A stretch of DNA of 64,000 nucleotides from an uncultured Gammaproteobacteria bacterium. Lineage in GTDB: Bacteria; Patescibacteriota; Microgenomatia; UBA8517. Made by a program: the position numbers and the translations under genes. Below are positions 26,137 to 36,944 of this stretch, piece after piece. The notes beneath the pieces are model-generated. The model searched no databases. It was not told where the DNA came from and saw only the letters and a list, made by a program, of their open reading frames with translations. Location of the stretch: contig CAZAXL010000005.1 of assembly GCA_964489145.1 (NCBI GenBank), forward strand, positions 7,255 through 71,254, read 5' to 3'. Each line of letters begins with the position of its first letter. The first letter of the stretch is position 1.

Positions 26137-27771
26137 ATGCATTCTTTATCTTCGGACAAATCTCAATCATGGTTATCATGGTCTTTAAGAGGGGTTTTGA
26201 TACTTCTGTTTATGGTTCTTGTAGCAAAACTTATAGAAGTGCAGGTGATAAAGGGTAGCTACTTCAGAAATCTTTCTGAAGAAAATAGGATTAGGCGTGT
26301 AGTTATTCCTGCATCAAGAGGAAAAATCTTGGCACGCGGAGGAGAAATTTTGGCTGGAAATACGGAAAACAAAAAACGCATTGAATTTACGGATACCGGA
26401 GGTTTTATCCTCTCTGAGGATTTGACCGGGGCGGTAGAAGAGGAAGTGGTAACCGACTATAAAAGATATTATCCGATGGGTGATAAATTTTCCCATGCTT
26501 TGGGGTATTTGGCGCAAGTCGGTGAGAATGAGGTAAATAAAATAAACCCTGATTGTCCGGAAAAAGGTCCAATATCTTCAGATTCTTTAATTGGGAAAAC
26601 AGGGCTGGAAGAGGAGTATGAGTGCCTTCTTTCCGGTACCCACGGCGAGGAGATTATTGAAGTTGATGCGTCCGGAGATAAACTTAGAATACTCGGTAAA
26701 AAAGATCCTGTTCCGGGACAGGATCTGCAGACAACAATTGATTATGGACTCCAAACGGAAATTGCAAATGAAATGAACGGCAAAAAGGGTGCTGTTATTG
26801 TTACCGATACGACAGGACGAATTTTGGCTTTTTATTCTTATCCATCATTTGATCCAAATATTTTCATTAACAAGGGTAACAACGACGAAATAAGTTCCCT
26901 GTTAAATGATGGCAATCTGCCCTTTTTTAATAGGGTGATAAGCGGCACCTTTCATCCCGGATCCGTCTTCAAACCACTCGTATCAATTACAGCTCTTGAG
27001 GAAGGAGCGATTGATAAAAACTTTATCTATAACGACCAGGGCGTAATAACAATAAACAATTATTCCTATTCAAATTGGTACTTTAGTGAATATGGGCGGA
27101 CCGAAGGATCAATAGACCTGACAAAGGCGATAGCGCGTTCAACAGACACGTTTTTCTATGCTATTGGACAAATGGTTGGACCGGATGCAATTGCCAAATG
27201 GGCAAATACTTTTGGCCTTGACAGTCAAACCGGAATTGACATTCCCGGGGAGGTAAAAGGATTAATACCAACCCCATCCTGGAAAGAACTGACGAAAAAT
27301 GAACCCTGGTTTTTAGGAAACACTTATCACATGTCAATCGGACAGGGAGATGTTTCTGTGACCCCTGCCGAGATAAATACATATATTTCAGCTGTCGCCG
27401 CAAACGGAAATTTGTGTCAGCCAAAATTTAATGAATCATTACCGGCTAAATGTAAAAAAACAGGGGTTAGTAAACAAAATCTTGACTTAGTGAAAGAGGG
27501 AATGAGTAAAGCCTGTTCTCAAGGGGGAACGGCGTATACTTTTTTTGATTTTTCAGAAAAACACGGAGGGATAAATGTTGCTTGCAAGACTGGAACCGCA
27601 GAGGTTGGTACAGACGGGACACCACACGCCTGGTTTACTTTTCTTGCCCCTATCGATAAACCCCAAATTGTTGCCACTGTTTTGATTGAAAAAGGCGGCG
27701 AGGGCTCATCCGCCGCTGGGCCCATCGCCCGCAAAATTGCAGACTACTACTACGCTTCTTTTGCCAATTAG
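26137..27771 (+). CDS. mrdA: Penicillin-binding protein 2 (transpeptidase)
   Basis: N-terminal TM, 'GSVFKP' (SxxK), 'SNW', 'KTGTAE'. Confidence 0.85.
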   Translation: MHSLSSDKSQSWLSWSLRGVLILLFMVLVAKLIEVQVIKGSYFRNLSEENRIRRVVIPASRGKILARGGEILAGNTENKKRIEFTDTGGFILSEDLTGAVEEEVVTDYKRYYPMGDKFSHALGYLAQVGENEVNKINPDCPEKGPISSDSLIGKTGLEEEYECLLSGTHGEEIIEVDASGDKLRILGKKDPVPGQDLQTTIDYGLQTEIANEMNGKKGAVIVTDTTGRILAFYSYPSFDPNIFINKGNNDEISSLLNDGNLPFFNRVISGTFHPGSVFKPLVSITALEEGAIDKNFIYNDQGVITINNYSYSNWYFSEYGRTEGSIDLTKAIARSTDTFFYAIGQMVGPDAIAKWANTFGLDSQTGIDIPGEVKGLIPTPSWKELTKNEPWFLGNTYHMSIGQGDVSVTPAEINTYISAVAANGNLCQPKFNESLPAKCKKTGVSKQNLDLVKEGMSKACSQGGTAYTFFDFSEKHGGINVACKTGTAEVGTDGTPHAWFTFLAPIDKPQIVATVLIEKGGEGSSAAGPIARKIADYYYASFAN

Positions 27772-27809
27772 CCCTTTTCTCGGAAAGTATTTGGTTCTAA
27801 TCTGGTATT

Positions 27810-28895
27810 GTGACAGAAAGTGAATATCTAACCGCAATTTGTGCATTTACTTATTTTGGACCTGCCAGGGTGAGACTTTTGACGTCATATTTTAAGAGCC
27901 CCAAAAAAGTATGGGAAAGCACTTTGGGAGAGCTTACCGAAGTCGGTTTGCCTGAAAAGAAAATAATAGAGTTTTTAAGTTTTCGGAAAGATTTTAATAT
28001 TAAATCTTATTTTCAAAGGCTAACAAAGTTAAATATAAAAGTTACGACATTTTTAGATAATAAATTTCCCGAAGTTTTTAAAGCCTTGGATGGGGCGCCC
28101 GTTGTCTTGTATTACCGCGGATCACTCAACGGTTTGAGAACAAATTCAGTTGCAATTGTAGGGACACGGAGAATGACTTCTTATGGAAGGGAAGTTACCG
28201 AGAAGTTTTCTTCAGAGCTCTCCTCATTTGGTGTAACAATAATTTCCGGTCTTGCCAGAGGAGTGGATACGACGGCGCATAAAGCCTCTCTTTTGGCGGG
28301 TGGTATCACAATTGCCGTATTGGGAAATGGTTTAGACAGTGTCTATCCTCCTGAAAATAAAACCCTGGCAGAGGAGATTATCCAAAAAGGCGGAGCAGTT
28401 ATCAGCGAGTACCCGCTTGACTATCCCGCACTTCCTGTTAATTTTGCCGTCAGAAATAGAATTGTTTCCGGACTTGCAACATGTGTCCTGGTAATTGAAG
28501 GGGCGGAAAAAAGCGGAACGCTTTTAACAGCATCTCACGCAGCCGAACAAGGCAAAACTGTATTTGCGATTCCGGGACAGATTACATCACCTCTTTCAAA
28601 AGCCCCGTTTTATCTTCTGAAAAACGGAGCAAAAATGGCGACTGAAACTCGGGATATTTTAGACGAGCTTGATATGGAGGTAAAAGTTGATAAGGAAAAA
28701 ATGAAAAAAGTTGTACCGGATACACCCGAGGAGGCTAAACTTATAGAACTTTTGGAAAACGAAACCCTACACCTTGACGAGCTTGTTAGAATAACAGGTA
28801 TCCAAACCTCCGAGATTTCTGCTAGACTGACTATCATGGAAATGAAAGGGTTAGTCAAGAGTTTAGGAGGCGGAAAATACAAGCGAAGCTTGTAA
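27810..28895 (+). CDS. dprA: DNA-processing protein DprA (Smf)
   Basis: 'VAIVGTRRMTSYGREV', 'IISGLARGVDTTAHKASL', C-terminal wHTH. Confidence 0.85.
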   Translation: MTESEYLTAICAFTYFGPARVRLLTSYFKSPKKVWESTLGELTEVGLPEKKIIEFLSFRKDFNIKSYFQRLTKLNIKVTTFLDNKFPEVFKALDGAPVVLYYRGSLNGLRTNSVAIVGTRRMTSYGREVTEKFSSELSSFGVTIISGLARGVDTTAHKASLLAGGITIAVLGNGLDSVYPPENKTLAEEIIQKGGAVISEYPLDYPALPVNFAVRNRIVSGLATCVLVIEGAEKSGTLLTASHAAEQGKTVFAIPGQITSPLSKAPFYLLKNGAKMATETRDILDELDMEVKVDKEKMKKVVPDTPEEAKLIELLENETLHLDELVRITGIQTSEISARLTIMEMKGLVKSLGGGKYKRSL

Positions 28896-28914
28896 AGCTG
28901 AAGCATTATAAATT

Positions 28915-30879
28915 ATGGAATTGATAATAGTTGAGTCACCAACAAAAGCCAGAACTCTGGGCCGTTTTTTGGGTGGATCATATGTTGTTGAGGCAACTGC
29001 GGGACATATTAAAGACTTACCAAAAAGCAAACTCGGAATAGAAGTAGAAAATAATTTTAAACCGGATTTTGCTGATATTCCAAAGAAAAAAGATATTATC
29101 AAAAATCTCAAAACCGAAGGGAAAAAAGCAAAAATTGTTTATTTGGCAACTGACCCTGATCGTGAAGGAGAAGCTATTGCGGAGCATGTTGCTGAGATTT
29201 TAAATGCGGACTCCAAGATAAAACGCATTGTTTTTCACGAAATCACAAAAGAAGCGGTTGAGAAAGCAATTCAAAACCCCAGAGAAGTTGATAAAAACCT
29301 AGTTGATGCACAAATCGCAAGAAGGGTATTGGATCGGCTCGTGGGATATAAACTTTCACCGCTACTTTGGAAAAAAATAAGACGGGGTCTTTCGGCCGGA
29401 CGTGTGCAGTCTGTTGCAGTTAAGCTTATTGTGGAGAAAGAGCGGGAAATCAAAGCTTTTAAGTCGGAAGAATATTGGGAAATCTATTCAAAGGTAAAAG
29501 GTGAAAGGCAAGAAATAAAAGATTTTGATATCGAGCTGGTCAAAATAAATGAGAAAATTGCTGAAGTTAAAAATAAAAAGGATGCCGATGGAATCATTTC
29601 AGATTTGGAAAAGGCCAAATACACAGTGTTTGATGTAAGAAAAAAAGAGGTTTCCAAAAATCCATATCCACCGTTTACGACTTCCACAATGACCCAGGCA
29701 GCTGCCCGTATCTTTGGTTGGTCTTCTAAAAGAACAATGTCGATAGCTCAGAAACTTTACGAAGAGGGACTGATTACATACCACAGGACGGATTCCTTTA
29801 ATCTTTCAAGCCAGGCGGTGGATACTGTCCGAAAATATATCGAAAAAGAATTTGGCCGAAATTATTTGCCGGATTCTCCCAGGATTTATAAAACTCAATC
29901 AAAAGTTGCGCAGGAGGCACACGAAGCCATAAGGCCAACAGATATAAATTCCAAATTGCAAATTACGGATGACAAATGGGGTCACGATGAAGAGACTCTT
30001 TATAAACTTATTTGGTCGCGCTTTGTTGCTTGCCAGATGAACCCGAGCCTTTATGACGAGACGGTTATCGATGTTGCGGCTGAACCCGGAAATTATTTAC
30101 TGCGCGCGGGTGGACAAATAATGAAATTTGACGGTTGGAGAAAAGTAATTCCGGCAAAGCTTGAAGTTGACAGTGTTGTTAAATTACCGGAGGTCTCAAA
30201 AGATGAAAAGTTGGATCATATAAAGACCTGGGGTGAACAGAAATTTACACAACCTCCGGCAAGATATAACGAGGCCTCTCTTATCAAAACTTTGGAAAAG
30301 TTGGGGATTGGCAGGCCTTCGACTTATGCGCCGACTATATCTACGATACAGATCAGAAACTATGTCGAAAAGACCGAAGGTAAGTTTTTTCCAACCTCAA
30401 TCGGCGAGGCGGTAAATGACTTTTTGGTTAAAAATTTTACGGACGTTTTTGAATATGAATTTACTGCCGGAATGGAAGATAGTCTTGATAAAGTGGCTAA
30501 CGGAGAGGTCAAATGGACCGGAATAATTAAAGATTTTTACAAACCCCTTGCAAGTAAAATCGGAATAGTTGATAAAAAAGCCGAGAGGGTAAAAATAGAA
30601 ACAGAAAAACTTGGTAAAAAGTGCCCCGAATGTAAGGAGGGGGAGCTAGTTATCCGTATCGGTAGGTTTGGAAAATTTATATCCTGTTCCAGATTCCCCG
30701 ACTGCAAATATACAGAAAAATATCTGGAAAAGGTTGGTGTTAAGTGTTCCGAATGCAAGATAGGCGATGTAATTGTTAAGAAAACATCAAAAGGCAGAAA
30801 ATTTTTCGGATGTTCACGCTACCCTGAGTGCAAATATGCTTCCTGGAGAAGTCCCAAAAAAGAAGAATCTTCAAGTTAA
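28915..30879 (+). CDS. topA: DNA topoisomerase I
   Basis: TOPRIM 'ELIIVESPTKARTL', 'YLATDPDREGEAIAEH', two C-terminal Zn-ribbons 'CPECKEG...CSRFPDC' and 'CSECKIG..CSRYPEC'. Confidence 0.9.
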   Translation: MELIIVESPTKARTLGRFLGGSYVVEATAGHIKDLPKSKLGIEVENNFKPDFADIPKKKDIIKNLKTEGKKAKIVYLATDPDREGEAIAEHVAEILNADSKIKRIVFHEITKEAVEKAIQNPREVDKNLVDAQIARRVLDRLVGYKLSPLLWKKIRRGLSAGRVQSVAVKLIVEKEREIKAFKSEEYWEIYSKVKGERQEIKDFDIELVKINEKIAEVKNKKDADGIISDLEKAKYTVFDVRKKEVSKNPYPPFTTSTMTQAAARIFGWSSKRTMSIAQKLYEEGLITYHRTDSFNLSSQAVDTVRKYIEKEFGRNYLPDSPRIYKTQSKVAQEAHEAIRPTDINSKLQITDDKWGHDEETLYKLIWSRFVACQMNPSLYDETVIDVAAEPGNYLLRAGGQIMKFDGWRKVIPAKLEVDSVVKLPEVSKDEKLDHIKTWGEQKFTQPPARYNEASLIKTLEKLGIGRPSTYAPTISTIQIRNYVEKTEGKFFPTSIGEAVNDFLVKNFTDVFEYEFTAGMEDSLDKVANGEVKWTGIIKDFYKPLASKIGIVDKKAERVKIETEKLGKKCPECKEGELVIRIGRFGKFISCSRFPDCKYTEKYLEKVGVKCSECKIGDVIVKKTSKGRKFFGCSRYPECKYASWRSPKKEESSS

Positions 30880-31403
30880 CCTTTTTGATTTTTGTATTTA
30901 ACTATCTCTTTGAATTTATATTCTAATTTAACACCGGCTTTTCTAAACATCTTTTCTGACTCCCCACCTGTATGATATTTTTTTTCAGCATAAATTCTTT
31001 TTATTCCGGAGTTGATTAAAAGCATTGCGCAAATCCGGCAGGGGGTCATTCTGCAATATACGGTTGCTCCGTCTATGGCAACCCCGCGTTTAGCCGCCTG
31101 GCAGATTGCATTTTGCTCTGCGTGAACCGTCCTGACACAATGACTTGAGATGGTGCCATCTTCATTAAAAGCACGTCTAAGATCATGTCCGGCTTGGTCG
31201 CAATGTGGAAAGCCGATCGGGGAGCCAACATAACCCGTTGCTAAAATTTGCTTGTCTTTTGCTATAACACATCCGCTTCTACCCCTATCACAGGTCGCTC
31301 TTTTGGAAACGGCATCCGCAACCTCCATGAAATAATCATCCCAAGTCGGACGGGTATATTTTTCTTTAATTGATTTTGTTGATGGTTTTTTCGATTTTGT
31401 CAT
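30876..31403 (-). CDS. dCMP deaminase (ComEB-type)
   Basis: 'RPTWDDYFMEVA', 'HAEQNAI', 'PCRICAMLL'. Start taken at the internal Met; the ORF track extends to 31448. Confidence 0.85.
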   Translation of the reverse strand: MTKSKKPSTKSIKEKYTRPTWDDYFMEVADAVSKRATCDRGRSGCVIAKDKQILATGYVGSPIGFPHCDQAGHDLRRAFNEDGTISSHCVRTVHAEQNAICQAAKRGVAIDGATVYCRMTPCRICAMLLINSGIKRIYAEKKYHTGGESEKMFRKAGVKLEYKFKEIVKYKNQKG

Positions 31404-31917
31404 ACAGATCTTCAATGCTGTCATTGTTATCAAATTTATAATCGGCAATCAATATGCATTTTGATAAATTCTGAGCATTTGGATCGCGTGATTGTTTTTC
31501 TTTTTCTTCCTGTAGTTTAAATTCTTCGAATGTGACATTGTCTTTTTCGGAGCCGCGGGATTTTACTCTTTCATATCTTGTCATTTGGTCAGCATCAACC
31601 ACAAAAAGATAACCCCCGTTGTTTTTAATAAATTCTGCTTCTTTAGGATTTCTGATACTTTCTATAATCGCGTTTGCACTTTCCTTTTTTGCTTTTTCAA
31701 AAAGTTTTTTGACAATAAAATCGGGTCCGTATGTAGTTCTTATTTCATTGGCAATTTCCCGCATACCGTTCCTATCAACAGTTCTGCCTTGTCTGACTAA
31801 TTCCTCAGTTAAATATTCCGACACGGAGTAGTGTTTGAAGTTTCTACTGGCTACTAGAAAGTCGACCACGGTTCCTTTACCTGCACCGAGTGTTCCCGTG
31901 ATACCGATAATTAACAT
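31366..31917 (-). CDS. P-loop nucleotide/nucleoside-monophosphate kinase (dNMP-kinase/CoaE-like)
   Basis: 'IIGITGTLGAGKGTV' Walker A, about 180 aa. Next to dCMP deaminase. Confidence 0.5.
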   Translation of the reverse strand: MLIIGITGTLGAGKGTVVDFLVASRNFKHYSVSEYLTEELVRQGRTVDRNGMREIANEIRTTYGPDFIVKKLFEKAKKESANAIIESIRNPKEAEFIKNNGGYLFVVDADQMTRYERVKSRGSEKDNVTFEEFKLQEEKEKQSRDPNAQNLSKCILIADYKFDNNDSIEDLYDKIEKTINKIN

Positions 31918-32059
31918 TCTGTATATTAATATATTATGATAAAATCTTTTGCAATAGCATCCTCCGCAAACTAAAGTTTGCGGTTTTCCTTGAGGGAGGA
32001 TGATATATCAGGTTCAATTCCTCCACGAATTAGAAATTCGTGGTATCCTTGAAACCGTT

Positions 32060-32398
32060 ATGGGATTTTCAGATTTTGATAAATATCAAAAAGAATGTGG
32101 AAAAACTGCCGTCTATCCCAAGATCGGAGAAAGATTTGTCTATCCGCTCCTGGGCTTACAAGGGGAAACAGGTGAAGTTTCGGAAAAAATCAAAAAACTT
32201 TTCAGGGACGAGGGAGGAAAACTTAGTGAGGAAAAAAGACAGGAAATTGCAAAAGAGTTGGGGGACGTTCTTTGGTATTTGGCCCAGCTTTCCAAAGAGA
32301 TTGGAATAAAATTTTCAGATGTTGCCAGGGGAAACTTAAAAAAACTTGCCTCAAGGAAAGTGCGGGGCAAACTTCATGGGAACGGCGACAATAGGTAA
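32060..32398 (+). CDS. MazG-like nucleotide pyrophosphohydrolase
   Basis: 'LQGETGEVSEK', 'ELGDVLWYLAQL'. Internal Met start; the ORF track begins at 32000. Confidence 0.7.
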   Translation: MGFSDFDKYQKECGKTAVYPKIGERFVYPLLGLQGETGEVSEKIKKLFRDEGGKLSEEKRQEIAKELGDVLWYLAQLSKEIGIKFSDVARGNLKKLASRKVRGKLHGNGDNR

Positions 32399-32517
32399 AC
32401 CTGAGACCCTGCTTGTAGAGTGAATTGGTAAATTTTTACTTATTGACAGTGCACTTGGGTAATTGATAAAACTCTGCAAGGACAATGGTGGAAATTGAAG
32501 GATCCGGGTCTAATTAA

Positions 32518-33285
32518 ATGATTGAGAATCTTGAAGGAAGAGAAAAATTAGGAAAAAAATCCTTAGTCATCGGACTGGTTGGATGTCTTGCCAGTGGAAA
32601 GACCACCCTCTCTGAAGAACTCGCTCGAAGGTGGGGAATTGAACCAATTGAAGAAAACTACCCCGCCAATCCGTTTTTGGAAAAGTTTTATGAAGACCCC
32701 AACAAGTACAGCTTCAAGTCCCAAGTGTTCTTTTTATCTTCAAAAGTCGAACAACTTAAAAGCATTGATAAAAGTAAAGTTTCCCTAATTGATCCGGAAT
32801 TAAATATGGATTTTATTTATGCCAAAACCCATTTCAAGATGGGTTGGATGAATGAAAACGAATGGAATTTATATCAAAACATTTTTTTTACAATCACGAC
32901 CAAAGACAGTTTGATTTATCCTGACATGCATATTATTGTTACCGCAGATCAGGAAGAACTAAAACAACGGATAGTTGATAGAGGAAGAAATTATGAGATG
33001 TGGATCTTGAAAAATTATCCGGAATATTTGGAAAGATTGTCAGAATCGGTGAATGAATGGGGAATGAGGGGAGAGAATAACTCCTATAAATTTATTGCCA
33101 ATACGTCAGCCGGGGGATCGTCCGGTAGCGTTGAACAGTTGGCTGACAGAATTGAGAGCCACATTTGTCGCGAATTTGGGACAAACGGAAAGTTTGTTTT
33201 ACCTAAAATTAAGCCGGCGTTTGTGCTAGAAAACCACGATATTTTTCCCGGAAGTGGCGGTGATGTATCAAGATTAAGAAGATGA
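32518..33285 (+). CDS. Deoxynucleoside kinase (dAK/dGK family)
   Basis: 'IGLVGCLASGKTTL', 'EENYPANPFLEKFYEDPNKYSFKSQVFFL'. Confidence 0.75.
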   Translation: MIENLEGREKLGKKSLVIGLVGCLASGKTTLSEELARRWGIEPIEENYPANPFLEKFYEDPNKYSFKSQVFFLSSKVEQLKSIDKSKVSLIDPELNMDFIYAKTHFKMGWMNENEWNLYQNIFFTITTKDSLIYPDMHIIVTADQEELKQRIVDRGRNYEMWILKNYPEYLERLSESVNEWGMRGENNSYKFIANTSAGGSSGSVEQLADRIESHICREFGTNGKFVLPKIKPAFVLENHDIFPGSGGDVSRLRR

Positions 33286-33935
33286 AAGAAAGAGAAAAAT
33301 TCATTGTTTTTGAAGGAATCGGAGGAAGCGGCAAAGGGACTCAGATAGAACTTGCAAAAAATCTCCTTGAAAGAAACGGGATTAAGGCAATCTACACGAG
33401 GGAGCCGGGTGGAATTGAACCGGCGGAAGAAATTAGAGAATTAATTTTTGAACTCAGAGACAAGAAACTTATAAAAGCGGAGGGACAGTTGGTACTATTT
33501 TTTGCCGCTCGAAAGCTTTGGGTTGATGGCGTGATTGCACCAAACTTAGACAAAGGAGTGAATGTTTTAACGGATAGATGTCACACATCAACGGGTGCTT
33601 ATCAGGGCCATGCCGAAGGCGGAGATCAAAAGCAAATTTTGGCAATTGCCGATGTAGTTTTGGGAGATTATAAGCCCGATGCTGTAATACTTCTTGATAT
33701 TTCAAAGGAAACCTCCATTGAGAGGCGTGGTAACAACGTAAACGGTGATCCGTTTGATAAAGAATCTTCGGAATATTTCGACCGACTTATAGCAGGGTAC
33801 AGAGAAATGGCCAAAACAGGATGGGGAGGTCTGAAATGGTATGTTGTTGATGGTGAGGCCAAACCTGAAAAGGTAGCTGAATCTGTCACCAAAGTCCTTG
33901 AAGAGATTTTCGAAAGGAAGCTTGAGCGTCTATAA
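33282..33935 (+). CDS. tmk: Thymidylate kinase
   Basis: 'FIVFEGIGGSGKGTQ', 'REPGG', 'DRCHTSTGAYQG'. Confidence 0.9.
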   Translation: MKEREKFIVFEGIGGSGKGTQIELAKNLLERNGIKAIYTREPGGIEPAEEIRELIFELRDKKLIKAEGQLVLFFAARKLWVDGVIAPNLDKGVNVLTDRCHTSTGAYQGHAEGGDQKQILAIADVVLGDYKPDAVILLDISKETSIERRGNNVNGDPFDKESSEYFDRLIAGYREMAKTGWGGLKWYVVDGEAKPEKVAESVTKVLEEIFERKLERL

Positions 33936-33944
33936 TAGTTAGAT

Positions 33945-35246
33945 ATGGTTATAATCTCCGATTTAATTAAAGAAGAACAGAAGCGTCAGGAGGAGACTCT
34001 CATGATGATTCCGTCGGAAAATTATGCTTCAAAAGAGGTTCGTGAAGCTGTTGGGTCTGTCCTTATGAACAAATATTCCGAGGGCTACTCCGGCAGGCGC
34101 TACTATCAAGGTAACAAAATTATCGACGAGATTGAGACGTTTGCGATTGAAAAAGCGAAGGAACTTTTTAAAGTCGAACACGTAAATGTCCAACCGTATT
34201 CCGGTTCTCCCGCAAATGCAGAAGTTCTTTTTGCACTACTTAATCCGGGTGACACAGTAATGGGACTTAGACTTTCTTCAGGTGGGCATCTGACTCACGG
34301 GCACCCGGATATAACTTTTTCTGGAAGATTTTATAAATCGGTTCAGTTTGGGACCAAAGACGATGGAATTATTGATTATAGCGAGGTTGAAAATCTGGCC
34401 AGAAAGGAAAAACCGGCACTTATGATAATCGGTACAACTGCGTATCCGTTAATTCTTGACTGGAAGAAGCTGGGAGAAATTGCCGATTCAGTTGGATCGT
34501 GGCTGGTAGCAGATATCTCCCACGTTTCAGGTTTAGTTTTGGCAGGAGAATATCCTTCTCCGGTTCCGTTTGCCCATATTGTCACAACCACAACACACAA
34601 GACACTAAGGGGCCCGAGAGGAGCAATGATTATGGTTACCAAAAAAGGAATCGAAAAAGATCCTGAAACAGCCTCTAAAATAGATAAAGCGGTTTTTCCA
34701 GGACTTCAAGGTGGGCCTCACAATGGTACAACTGCCGGTATTGCACAGGCCTTAATCGAGGCAGATTCTGGGGACTTTAAGAAATATGGAAAACAAATTG
34801 TTGCTAATGCCAGATATCTGGCAGAAGAACTTAAAAACGGGGGACTTACATTGGTAACCGGTGGAACCGAATGTCATTTGATGGTCATTGATCTGAGACT
34901 AATTGGACTATCCGGCAACATTGCCGCTGAAGCGCTGGAAGCAGCAGGAATTATTGTTAACAGAAACTCAGTTCCAAATGACCCGGCGCCTCCGTTTTAT
35001 CCATCCGGTATCAGACTCGGCACTCCCGGTATTACAACCCGTGGGATGACCGAATCTGAAATGAAAATTATATCCGGTTGGATTTTAAAAGTTCTTGATC
35101 ATCTTAAAGGTGAGAAACTGCCCGAGGTAAAAGAAAAAAGAGGAGAATATATTAAATCTTTTAGAATTAAAGTTGCCAATGATGAGTTCTTAAAAAATAT
35201 CGCTTCCGAGGTCAGGGACTTATGTAAAAAATTCCCCATGCCCTAA
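33945..35246 (+). CDS. glyA: Serine hydroxymethyltransferase
   Basis: 'MIPSENY', 'NKYSEGY', 'TTTTHKTLRGPRG'. Confidence 0.95.
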   Translation: MVIISDLIKEEQKRQEETLMMIPSENYASKEVREAVGSVLMNKYSEGYSGRRYYQGNKIIDEIETFAIEKAKELFKVEHVNVQPYSGSPANAEVLFALLNPGDTVMGLRLSSGGHLTHGHPDITFSGRFYKSVQFGTKDDGIIDYSEVENLARKEKPALMIIGTTAYPLILDWKKLGEIADSVGSWLVADISHVSGLVLAGEYPSPVPFAHIVTTTTHKTLRGPRGAMIMVTKKGIEKDPETASKIDKAVFPGLQGGPHNGTTAGIAQALIEADSGDFKKYGKQIVANARYLAEELKNGGLTLVTGGTECHLMVIDLRLIGLSGNIAAEALEAAGIIVNRNSVPNDPAPPFYPSGIRLGTPGITTRGMTESEMKIISGWILKVLDHLKGEKLPEVKEKRGEYIKSFRIKVANDEFLKNIASEVRDLCKKFPMP

Positions 35247-35301
35247 GAAGGTGATCCTTTCTTGTCTGCATTTAGCCTCAGAATGTAATATAATACGGGT
35301 T

Positions 35302-36096
35302 ATGGCAATAATTTTTGATGGCAGAGCCTTTGCGGCGGAAAAAGAATCCTCTTTAGGTATCAGAGTTTTGGGGCTTAAGGCAAGAGGGGTTTATCCCAAA
35401 CTGGCGTCAATTTTGATTGGCGATAATCCTGCAAGTGAGCTTTATGTAAATCTGAAGAAAAAAGCTGCCGAAAGGATAGGGGCGGAAATAGACGTATATT
35501 TTTTGCAGGAAAACTCCAAGTTCTCCGAAATTTTACAGTTAATAGAGTCATTAAATAACGACGATAATTTTAACGGAATAATGATTCAACTTCCGCTTCC
35601 GGAATCACTTTCTGAATTTAAAGAAAAGATACTTGGTGCGATTGATCCCGGCAAAGACATCGATGGTTTAAGATATGACAGTCAATTTTTACATCCAACG
35701 TCAAAAGCTGTTATTGATATTCTCAAAGAAGCTGAAAAATCTTTAAAAACCGATCCAAAATCTGTGTGTGTTGTCGGTGCCACCGGAATGGTGGGAACAC
35801 CTCTTGTAAAAGAATTAAGAAAAGAGGGCTACACTGTTGCCGAGGTAAATACCGAAACGGAAAATCTGACGGAAAAACTCAAAACATCGGAAGTTGTCGT
35901 AAGTGCAACAGGGGTTGCACACTTGATTAAGTCGGACATGATAAAAGACGGTGCTATTGTTATAGATGTGGGTTCACCAAAGGGAGATGTTGACCCCTCA
36001 GTATCGGCAAAAGCCAGCTTTTTTACACCCGTGCCCGGAGGAGTAGGTCCCGTAACGATTTCCTGCCTGTTGGAAAATCTGATTCTGGCTTGCTAA
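35302..36096 (+). CDS. folD: Methylene-THF dehydrogenase / methenyl-THF cyclohydrolase FolD
   Basis: 'IFDGRAFAAE', 'LASILIGDNPASELYVNLKKK', 'PVPGGVGPVT'. Internal Met start; the ORF track begins at 35251. Confidence 0.9.
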   Translation: MAIIFDGRAFAAEKESSLGIRVLGLKARGVYPKLASILIGDNPASELYVNLKKKAAERIGAEIDVYFLQENSKFSEILQLIESLNNDDNFNGIMIQLPLPESLSEFKEKILGAIDPGKDIDGLRYDSQFLHPTSKAVIDILKEAEKSLKTDPKSVCVVGATGMVGTPLVKELRKEGYTVAEVNTETENLTEKLKTSEVVVSATGVAHLIKSDMIKDGAIVIDVGSPKGDVDPSVSAKASFFTPVPGGVGPVTISCLLENLILAC

Positions 36097-36243
36097 TTTA
36101 ATACCCTTCATATATAATTTGACCCTAGTGAGAGTCACACATCGATCGTGCTTTCTGGATAACTTCCGATCGATGGCGGAAAAAGAAAGCCGAAGGTCCT
36201 GAGTGGTGAGTATAGTCGAACCATCGAAGGACAATGATTTTAA

Positions 36244-36942
36244 ATGTCTAAAATAAATATTTCACTTGAAGATTTGATGGATGCGGGGGCCCATTTCGGG
36301 CACCAAACCAAGCGCTGGAATCCCAAAATGGAGGAGTATCTTTATGGACAAGAGGAAGGTGTCCACATCTTTGATCTGACAAAAACTAAACCCCTAATTG
36401 AAGAAGCTTTGGAGTTTTTGGCAAAGTCTGCCAAAGAAGGAAAGAAAATATTAATTCTTGGAACTAAAAAACAAATTAAAGATAAAGTGGCAGAAGTTGC
36501 AGAAAAAGTCGGAGTTCCTTATGTTAATGAAAGATGGCTTGGTGGAACAGTTTCCAACTTTGGTCAAATGAAAAGATCCATCGATAAGATGGAAGAGATG
36601 AAAGAAAATCTCGCGACCGGTTTCTACAACAAATACACCAAAAAAGAAAGACTTCTTATTGACCGTGAAATCATACGACTTGAAAAATTTTTCGGCGGCA
36701 TAAAATCCTTGACTGGTGTTCCCGATGTTCTTTTTGTGATTGATACTAAGAGAGAATCAGCCGCAGTCCGTGAGGCAGCTGAAAGAAAAATTCCTGTAGT
36801 GGGAATAGTAGACAGCAATGCAGATCCGGACCTTATTGATTATCCGATTCCAATGAATGACGACGCCAGCAAAGCCCTGACATATATTTTGGATTTGGTG
36901 GGACGGGCTATCGGACAAGAAAAAACGCAGACCGAAAAGTAA
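36244..36942 (+). CDS. rpsB: 30S ribosomal protein S2
   Basis: 'LMDAGAHFGHQTKRWNPKM', 'VDSNADPD'. Confidence 0.95.
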   Translation: MSKINISLEDLMDAGAHFGHQTKRWNPKMEEYLYGQEEGVHIFDLTKTKPLIEEALEFLAKSAKEGKKILILGTKKQIKDKVAEVAEKVGVPYVNERWLGGTVSNFGQMKRSIDKMEEMKENLATGFYNKYTKKERLLIDREIIRLEKFFGGIKSLTGVPDVLFVIDTKRESAAVREAAERKIPVVGIVDSNADPDLIDYPIPMNDDASKALTYILDLVGRAIGQEKTQTEK

Positions 36943-36944
36943 AA

